Below, one piece after another: positions 57,604 to 64,000 of a stretch of 64,000 bases of DNA (position 1 is the stretch's first letter; the number at the start of each line of letters is the position of its first letter). The translations under genes were made by a program, and so were the position numbers. The notes beneath the pieces were generated by a model, which was not told the DNA's origin, ran no database searches, and worked only from the letters and a program-made list of their open reading frames with translations. Location of the stretch: contig JBJBCN010000002.1 in the NCBI GenBank assembly GCA_047285805.1, forward strand, positions 544,001-608,000, written 5' to 3'. Source of the stretch: Synechococcus sp. (GTDB lineage: Bacteria > Cyanobacteriota > Cyanobacteriia > PCC-6307 > Cyanobiaceae).

Positions 57604-60114
57604 ATGGCTGAGGCCGCACGGCCGGAATTGCTAGCCCCAGCGGGTTGCTGGGGGTCCCTCAAAGCCGCTGCGGCCAATGGAGCGGACGCCGTCTATTTCG
57701 GCGTCGAGACCTTCAATGCCCGCCTTCGAGCCGAGAACTTCAAGGTCGCGGATCTTCCTGACGTGATGGCATGGCTGCACCGCCGCGGCCTGAAGGGATT
57801 CTTGACGTTCAACGTCCTCGTCTTCAGCGACGAGCTAAGCCCTGCCGCAGAACTGCTCTTGGCCGCGGACGCTGCCGGGGTCGATGGCCTGATCGTTCAA
57901 GACATCGGTCTGGCTGCCCTGGCCCAAGCACTCACGCCAGAGCTGGCAATCCATGGTTCGACGCAGATGTCCATCACCAGCGCGGCTGGTGTGGCGATGG
58001 CTCAGGACCTCGGCTGCCAGCGGGTTGTCCTCGCCCGTGAGCTGAGCCTGAAGGACCTGAGGCGCATCCAGGAGCAGCTGCGCCAACGCCAAATCGAGAT
58101 GCCCTTGGAGGTCTTCGTTCATGGCGCCCTCTGTGTGGCCTACTCCGGCCAATGCCTAACCAGCGAAGCCCTGGGCCAGCGCAGTGCCAATCGCGGCGAG
58201 TGTGCCCAGGCCTGCCGCCTCCCCTACGCGTTGATCGTTGATGGTGAAGAGCTCGACCTTGGCGAACAGCGTTATCTGCTCTCCCCGCAGGATTTGGCCG
58301 CCTGGGAGCTGCTGCCGGATCTGGTGGATGCCGGGGTCGCCAGCCTCAAAGTTGAAGGGAGGCTCAAGGACGCCACCTACGTAGCCGCCGTTACGGACGC
58401 TTATCGCCAAGGGCTCGATCAGCTTTCAGGCGAACGCACACTGGTATCCCCATCAGAGCAGGCGGAGCTGCGGCGCAACCTTGAGCTGAGCTTCTCGCGT
58501 GGTCTGGGTACGGGCTGGTTGGCCGGTATTGATCACCGCCAACTTGTCCATGGCCGCTGGAGTAAAAAAAGGGGACCCTGGCTCGGGCGTTTGGAGCGCG
58601 TGGATGGGGATTGGCTGCTGTTCAGGCGTCGCTTGGAGTGCAAACCCGGTGATGGAGTGGTGCTCGAGATTCCCAATCCCGATCCGCTCTTGCCTCCCCA
58701 GGAAGTGGGCGGCCGGGTGATGGCGGTGGACCCGCGGCCCTGCGGTGGTTGCGCTGTGCGGCTCGGACCGAAGCGGGTGGATCTGCGTGGTTTGCGCTCG
58801 GGTAGTCCCTGTTGGTTAACCAGCGACCCCCAGCGGGAGAGTCGCTTCCAGCGCATGGCGGATCGCTCTGCTGAGAAGCAGCGCCGTCCCCTGGCCCTCA
58901 GGGTCTCGGGCTCTTCGGGCGAACCCCTCCGTTTGGAGGTGTTGACAGCCGCTGGTTTGCCGGCCGAAGGCTGCACTGTGCTCAGCCAGAAGCCGCTTGA
59001 GCCCGCCCAAGGTCAGGCTCTGTCCAGGGAGAGGCTGGAGCAGCAACTCGGACGCCTCGGGGGGACATCCTGGCGCCTGGAGCGGTTGGAGCTGCTACTC
59101 GACGAGGCGTTGTTTCTGCCCGTCGCCCAGCTCAATCAGCTGCGTCGCGCCTTGGTGGATCAGCTCGCCCTGCAAGGCCCCAAGGATGCTTCACGCTCCA
59201 CAGAGCAGCGTTCGGTGCTCCAGACCCTCGAAATACTCATGCCTGCGGCCGTTGAGCCCAGCCAGCAAGAGCCGCAATTAACCGTCCTGGTGCGCGATCT
59301 CGAGCAACTAGAGGCGCTCAAGGCCCTGCCTGTCGATCGGGTGATTGTTGACCTGGAGCACCCAGCGCAGCTTCGGGAAGCCGTCAAGCGCGGCAAGGGC
59401 TGCTGGCCGGGTGGACTCTGGGTGGCGGGGCAGCGGATCTGCAAGCCCGACGAGGCCTGGAGCCTGGAGCCGCTCATTCGGGCCGAGCCCGATGGATACT
59501 TGGTTCGCAACGCGGATCAGTTGGAACGGCTGACGCCCCTGGCCCCCTGTCAGGGAGATTTTTCCTTGAACGTTGCCAACCCGCTTACGACACGCTGGCT
59601 GCTCGAGCGTTGGGGGCTGGAGCGTCTCACGGCCAGCTACGACCTTGCTTTGGACCAGTTGCTGGCTCTTGTTGCGGCCTGTCCCCGCGATGCCCTTGAG
59701 CTGACGTTGCACCAGCACATGCCCCTCTTCCACATGGAGCATTGCCTGTTCTGTGCGTTTCTCTCGGAGGGCCATGACCACACCGATTGCGGCCGCCCTT
59801 GCGAGCAGCACCAGGTGCTCCTGCGGGACCGCAGTGGTGCGGAACATCCGTTGCGTGCCGACCTGGGCTGCCGGAATACACTTTTCAATGGGCGCGCTCA
59901 AACTGCGGCGGAAGCCATCCCCCAGTTCCTTGAGGCGGGCGTGCGCCATTTCAGGCTCGAATTGCTGCAGGAGAGCCCGGCCGATACCGAGCGCCGGGTA
60001 TCGCTCTATCGCCAGGCCCTCAACGGAGAGATCAGCGGCCGGATGGTCTGGCAGAGCGAACAGCTCGAAAGTCGACTCGGGGTCACCCGCGGAACCCTCT
60101 CCGAGCGTCAGTGA
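57604..60114 (+). CDS. U32 family protein (long form, RlhA-like)
   Basis: PELLAPAG, HGALCVAYSGQC, NRGECAQACR, SLKVEGR. Confidence 0.9.
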   Translation: MAEAARPELLAPAGCWGSLKAAAANGADAVYFGVETFNARLRAENFKVADLPDVMAWLHRRGLKGFLTFNVLVFSDELSPAAELLLAADAAGVDGLIVQDIGLAALAQALTPELAIHGSTQMSITSAAGVAMAQDLGCQRVVLARELSLKDLRRIQEQLRQRQIEMPLEVFVHGALCVAYSGQCLTSEALGQRSANRGECAQACRLPYALIVDGEELDLGEQRYLLSPQDLAAWELLPDLVDAGVASLKVEGRLKDATYVAAVTDAYRQGLDQLSGERTLVSPSEQAELRRNLELSFSRGLGTGWLAGIDHRQLVHGRWSKKRGPWLGRLERVDGDWLLFRRRLECKPGDGVVLEIPNPDPLLPPQEVGGRVMAVDPRPCGGCAVRLGPKRVDLRGLRSGSPCWLTSDPQRESRFQRMADRSAEKQRRPLALRVSGSSGEPLRLEVLTAAGLPAEGCTVLSQKPLEPAQGQALSRERLEQQLGRLGGTSWRLERLELLLDEALFLPVAQLNQLRRALVDQLALQGPKDASRSTEQRSVLQTLEILMPAAVEPSQQEPQLTVLVRDLEQLEALKALPVDRVIVDLEHPAQLREAVKRGKGCWPGGLWVAGQRICKPDEAWSLEPLIRAEPDGYLVRNADQLERLTPLAPCQGDFSLNVANPLTTRWLLERWGLERLTASYDLALDQLLALVAACPRDALELTLHQHMPLFHMEHCLFCAFLSEGHDHTDCGRPCEQHQVLLRDRSGAEHPLRADLGCRNTLFNGRAQTAAEAIPQFLEAGVRHFRLELLQESPADTERRVSLYRQALNGEISGRMVWQSEQLESRLGVTRGTLSERQ

Positions 60115-60399
60115 CGATGGAAATCCCGGGTGTGTTGCTGGGATAGATTGCGTTAACGCACCGAAGGGTTCTTTGGTTTTGGTGAGTGGTCGTTCGTCAC
60201 GAACGCTCTCAACACATCAGCCACGCTGCAAGAGATACCGGCTCTGTTCGATCAGGTTCATCCCTGCGACCTTGCCCATGGGTTTCAGCCACCGTTCCCA
60301 CGCCAACGCCTGCTCCTGAGTTGAGCGTTGCGGCCGCTAGCTCAAGCTGCGGCGTGCTCCAGCCAGACCATCCCTGACCTCCTCCCTCTAGCCCAATCC

Positions 60400-62208
60400 A
60401 TGAGCGGCGAGCATCCCGGAACACCTATTCGCAATATCGCGATCATTGCCCACGTCGACCACGGCAAAACCACCCTTGTTGATGCCCTGCTGGCGCAATC
60501 GGGCATCTTCCGCGACAACGAGGCCGTCCCCACCTGCGTGATGGACTCCAACGACCTGGAGCGTGAGCGTGGCATCACGATCCTCTCCAAGAACACCGCG
60601 GTGGACTACGAGGGGATCCGCATCAACATCGTGGACACCCCTGGTCACGCCGACTTCGGCGGTGAGGTCGAACGGGTCCTCGGCATGGTCGATGGCTGTC
60701 TGCTGATCGTGGATGCCAACGAGGGGCCGATGCCTCAGACCCGTTTTGTGTTGAAAAAGGCCCTGGAAAAGGGGCTCAGGCCGATCGTCTTCGTCAACAA
60801 GATTGATCGCGCTCGCGTTGACCCTGAGCAGGCGGTCGACAAGGTCTTGGACCTGTTCCTGGAACTGGGTGCTGACGACGACCAGTGCGACTTCCCCTAC
60901 CTTTTCGGCAGCGGCATGGGCGGCTACGCCAAGCCCGACATGAAGACCGAGAGCGAGGACATGCGTCCCCTCTTCGACGCGATCATCCGCCACGTTCCGC
61001 CCCCGGTCGGCGATCCCGAGAAGCCCCTGCAGCTGCAGGTGACCACCCTCGACTACAGCGATTTCCTCGGCCGGATCATGATCGGCCGGATCCATAACGG
61101 CACGATCAAAGGCAACCAGCCCGTTGCCCTCTTGCGTGACGATGGCAGCGTCAAGCGCGGTCGCATCAGCAAGCTGCTCGGTTTCCAGGGCCTCCAGCGC
61201 GTCGAGGTCGAAGAAGCCCGCGCCGGTGACCTGGTCGCTGTGTGCGGTTTCGACGAGGTGAATATCGGCGAAACGATTGCTTGCCCAGATGAGCCCCAGG
61301 CCCTGCCCCTGATCAAGGTGGATGAGCCCACCTTGCAGATGACCTTCGTGGTCAACGACTCACCCTTCGCGGGCAAGGAAGGCAAGTTTGTCACCAGCCG
61401 TCAGGTCCGTGATCGCCTGAACAAGGAGCTGCTGACCAACGTGGCCCTGCGGGTAGAAGACACCGATTCCCCTGACCGCTGGGCCGTGAGCGGCCGTGGT
61501 GAACTTCACCTGGGCATCCTGATCGAGACCATGCGCCGTGAGGGCTATGAGTTCCAGGTGTCTCAGCCCCAGGTGATCTTCCGCACCATCGATGGCACTC
61601 CCTCGGAGCCCTACGAGACCCTTGTGCTCGATGTTCCCGAGGAGTCCGTTGGTGCCTGTATCGAGAAGCTCGGCGTCCGCAAGGCTGAGATGCAGAACAT
61701 GGAAAACACCAATGACGGCCGCACCCAGCTCGAGTTCGTGGTGCCCTCCCGTGGCCTGATCGGTTTCCGTGGTGACTTCATCCGCGCCACGCGAGGCGAG
61801 GGGATCATGAGCCACTCCTTCCTCGACTACCGCCCGATGCAGGGTGAGTTCGACACCCGTCGCAACGGCGTCCTGATCGCATTCGAGGAAGGCACCGCCA
61901 CCTTCTATGCCCTGAAGAACGCCGAAGATCGCGGCCAGTTCTTCATTAGCCCTGGCACGAAGGTCTACAAGGGCATGATCGTGGGCGAAAACAACCGTCC
62001 TCAGGACCTCGACCTGAACGTCTGCAAGACGAAGCAGCTCACCAACATGCGCTCGGCAGGTGCAGAGGAACTCGATACCCTCCAAGCCCCGATGCAGATG
62101 ACCCTGGAGCGCGCCCTGGAGTACATCGGTCCCGACGAGATGCTCGAGGTCACTCCAGAGTCGATTCGACTCCGCAAACTGCCTGCCAAGAAGCCGGCGA
62201 GGCGTTGA
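60400..62208 (+). CDS. typA: Translational GTPase TypA/BipA
   Basis: [36 protein letters not shown]. Confidence 0.98.
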   Translation: MSGEHPGTPIRNIAIIAHVDHGKTTLVDALLAQSGIFRDNEAVPTCVMDSNDLERERGITILSKNTAVDYEGIRINIVDTPGHADFGGEVERVLGMVDGCLLIVDANEGPMPQTRFVLKKALEKGLRPIVFVNKIDRARVDPEQAVDKVLDLFLELGADDDQCDFPYLFGSGMGGYAKPDMKTESEDMRPLFDAIIRHVPPPVGDPEKPLQLQVTTLDYSDFLGRIMIGRIHNGTIKGNQPVALLRDDGSVKRGRISKLLGFQGLQRVEVEEARAGDLVAVCGFDEVNIGETIACPDEPQALPLIKVDEPTLQMTFVVNDSPFAGKEGKFVTSRQVRDRLNKELLTNVALRVEDTDSPDRWAVSGRGELHLGILIETMRREGYEFQVSQPQVIFRTIDGTPSEPYETLVLDVPEESVGACIEKLGVRKAEMQNMENTNDGRTQLEFVVPSRGLIGFRGDFIRATRGEGIMSHSFLDYRPMQGEFDTRRNGVLIAFEEGTATFYALKNAEDRGQFFISPGTKVYKGMIVGENNRPQDLDLNVCKTKQLTNMRSAGAEELDTLQAPMQMTLERALEYIGPDEMLEVTPESIRLRKLPAKKPARR

Positions 62209-62600
62209 GCGATCACCTCGATCCAGAGGAAGCCAGCCTGACGTGCGATCCCCGACTCTGGGATGCCGTTAGGCTTTTTAATGCCGGCGAGTGGTATGCC
62301 TGCCACGACGGTTTCGAAGCGCTCTGGCATGAAACCCAGGGCCCTTGCCGGCGGACCCTGCAGGGCATTCTTCAAATCGCGGTTGCCCACCACCACTTGG
62401 ACCGGGGCAATCAGAGGGGCGCGATGGTCCTCCTTGGCGAGGGCCTCGGTCGTCTGCAGGGTGCTGGGGCGGCGCAATTCGATCTCGCGCTTGACCCCCT
62501 GCGGCAGGCTGCCCGCGAGCGTCTGTTAGCCCTGCACGAGAACCGCTCGCTCGCGCATCTTCCGCTCCCAAAGCTCACCGTCATCTCTGCTGATTCCTAG
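62205..62600 (+). CDS. DUF309 domain protein
   Basis: LFNAGEWYACHDGFEALW, LQGILQIAVA. Confidence 0.88.
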   Translation: MSDHLDPEEASLTCDPRLWDAVRLFNAGEWYACHDGFEALWHETQGPCRRTLQGILQIAVAHHHLDRGNQRGAMVLLGEGLGRLQGAGAAQFDLALDPLRQAARERLLALHENRSLAHLPLPKLTVISADS

Positions 62601-62650
62601 GGAGGGGTAGAGGTGTACGGCGATACGATGGTGACCCTTGCGTCGCATGA

Positions 62651-63181
62651 GTGGGCTTGGCCGCAGATCGCAGCAGTGCCCGCCGCCGGTGCAGCCTTTT
62701 GAGCATGGCCGTCAGCCTGGGTTGTCTGGCACTGCCGGCTTGGTCGCAGTCCACGGTTCCGGGCGCTGAAGTCATCAGCATTGAGGCCGCGGAGACAACG
62801 GTCGTAGAAGTGGAGGGTGCCGAGCCCCTCCCCACCAAGCCCCTGAGCATCAACACCGGCTTGGTCACAATCGAATCGGATCAGCAGCAGGCGGATCAGC
62901 AGACGGGGGTCATTACGGCCCGCGGGAACGTCCGGATCGTCTATCCCGATGAGCGCGTGGTCGCCACCGCTCGCCAGGCCCAGTACTTCAGCAATGAGGG
63001 GCGCGTTGTCCTCAGCGGCGACGTGGACATCCTTCAGGATGGCGGGAATTGGCTTCGTGCTGAGCAGGTCACCTACCTGGTCGATAGCGAGCGGATGCAG
63101 GCCATCCCTGCGAAGGGTCAGCAGGTCTTCAGCCGCGTCGTTCTGCAGACGCTTCCCAGCTCAGAGCCAGCGAAGCGATGA
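62651..63181 (+). CDS. lptA: LptA/OstA family protein
   Basis: TIESDQQQAD, ITARGNV, LSGDV; directly upstream of lptB. Confidence 0.8.
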   Translation: MGLAADRSSARRRCSLLSMAVSLGCLALPAWSQSTVPGAEVISIEAAETTVVEVEGAEPLPTKPLSINTGLVTIESDQQQADQQTGVITARGNVRIVYPDERVVATARQAQYFSNEGRVVLSGDVDILQDGGNWLRAEQVTYLVDSERMQAIPAKGQQVFSRVVLQTLPSSEPAKR

Positions 63182-63906
63182 GTTTGGTTCTTGATCGCGT
63201 CGCCTTAACCATCGGCGGTCGGCCACTTGTCAAAGAGGTCAGCCTCAACCTCAACCCCGGTGAGGTGGTTGGTCTGCTTGGTCCCAACGGGGCGGGCAAA
63301 ACTACGACCTTCAACCTCGTCACCGGTCTGCTTCGCCCGGATTCCGGCGCGGTGAGCATGGATGACACCTGCGTTGCCGACTTTTCCATGCCGGAACGCG
63401 CTCGCTTGGGCATCGGCTACCTGCCCCAGGAAGCCAGCGTGTTCCGAAGCCTGAGTGTCCAGGAGAACTTGATGCTGGCCCTCCAGGAGAGTGGAGCCCC
63501 CAAGCAGGAGCGGCGCGAGCGCGTGGAGCACTTGGTCGAGGACTTCCACCTCAAGCCCTTTCAGCACCGCCTTGGTTACCAGCTCTCTGGTGGTGAACGG
63601 CGCCGCTGCGAAGTCGCGCGTGCCCTGGCCGTGGGCGAAAGCGGACCGCGTTATCTCCTGTTGGATGAGCCCTTTGCTGGGGTGGATCCTTTGGCGGTGG
63701 CGGACCTGCAGGCGTTGATTGCCGGATTGCGCGACCGGGGCATGGGTGTCCTGATCACGGACCACAACGTGCGCGAGACCCTCTCCATCACCGATCGGGC
63801 CTACATCCTCACCGAGGGGAGCATCCTTGCCAGCGGCCCGTCCCGCGAGATGGCCGATGACCCCCTGGTCCGTCGCCACTACCTCGGGGAGGACTTCAGG
63901 CTGTGA
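63178..63906 (+). CDS. lptB: LPS export ABC transporter ATPase
   Basis: GPNGAGKTT, GIGYLPQEASVF, LSGGERRR, DEPFAGVDP, TDHNVRETL. Confidence 0.95.
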   Translation: MSLVLDRVALTIGGRPLVKEVSLNLNPGEVVGLLGPNGAGKTTTFNLVTGLLRPDSGAVSMDDTCVADFSMPERARLGIGYLPQEASVFRSLSVQENLMLALQESGAPKQERRERVEHLVEDFHLKPFQHRLGYQLSGGERRRCEVARALAVGESGPRYLLLDEPFAGVDPLAVADLQALIAGLRDRGMGVLITDHNVRETLSITDRAYILTEGSILASGPSREMADDPLVRRHYLGEDFRL

Positions 63907-64000
63907 CGATCGCCCCAACCTGGAATGAGCCCTTGCGCCGCCAGTCCCAAAAACTCCAACGCCACTGGCGCAGCCTTCCACTCCTGGATCGCTGGCTGTT
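63903..64000 (+). CDS. LptF/LptG family permease, 5' fragment
   Basis: GTG overlapping the lptB stop; translates ...LPLLDRWL to the window end. Confidence 0.65.
   Translation, partial: MTIAPTWNEPLRRQSQKLQRHWRSLPLLDRWL

Noticed and set aside
60115..60399. Short palindromes and a mini-ORF upstream of typA
   Set aside because: No recognisable RNA family or convincing coding signal.

Overview
Chromosomal window from a GC-rich picocyanobacterium of the Synechococcus/Cyanobium group. The evidence is the gene content (psb28, GUN4, apcF, pcyA, chlP, sipA) in a conserved backbone: rsmA-ispE-pdhB-secDF ... glnA-apcF ... lspA-bioY ... pcyA-devBCA ... rpsB-tsf-recG-sir-glyS-chlP ... typA-lptAB. Two accessory insertions stand out. 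(1) 1-~7955 is the right part of a phage-satellite-like integrative element. It carries a large serine recombinase C-terminus, a prohead protease-HK97 capsid fusion broken by one in-frame TAG, an AAA_25/RepA-type helicase next to iteron-like inverted repeats, a ribbon-helix-helix regulator, a lambda-cos-like motif upstream of an HTH gene, and exported-protein cargo. It abuts a decayed 3' half of yraN. (2) ~22194-28226 is a lower-GC island bounded by an imperfect duplication of the glnA 3' end. It holds an integrase relic and a translationally coupled TPR-GT41 glycosyltransferase plus sugar methyltransferase pair. This island separates glnA from a convergent small gene with a perfect NtcA box, a candidate glutamine synthetase inactivating factor. 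All homology calls come from motif recognition and recalled family features; no database search was run.
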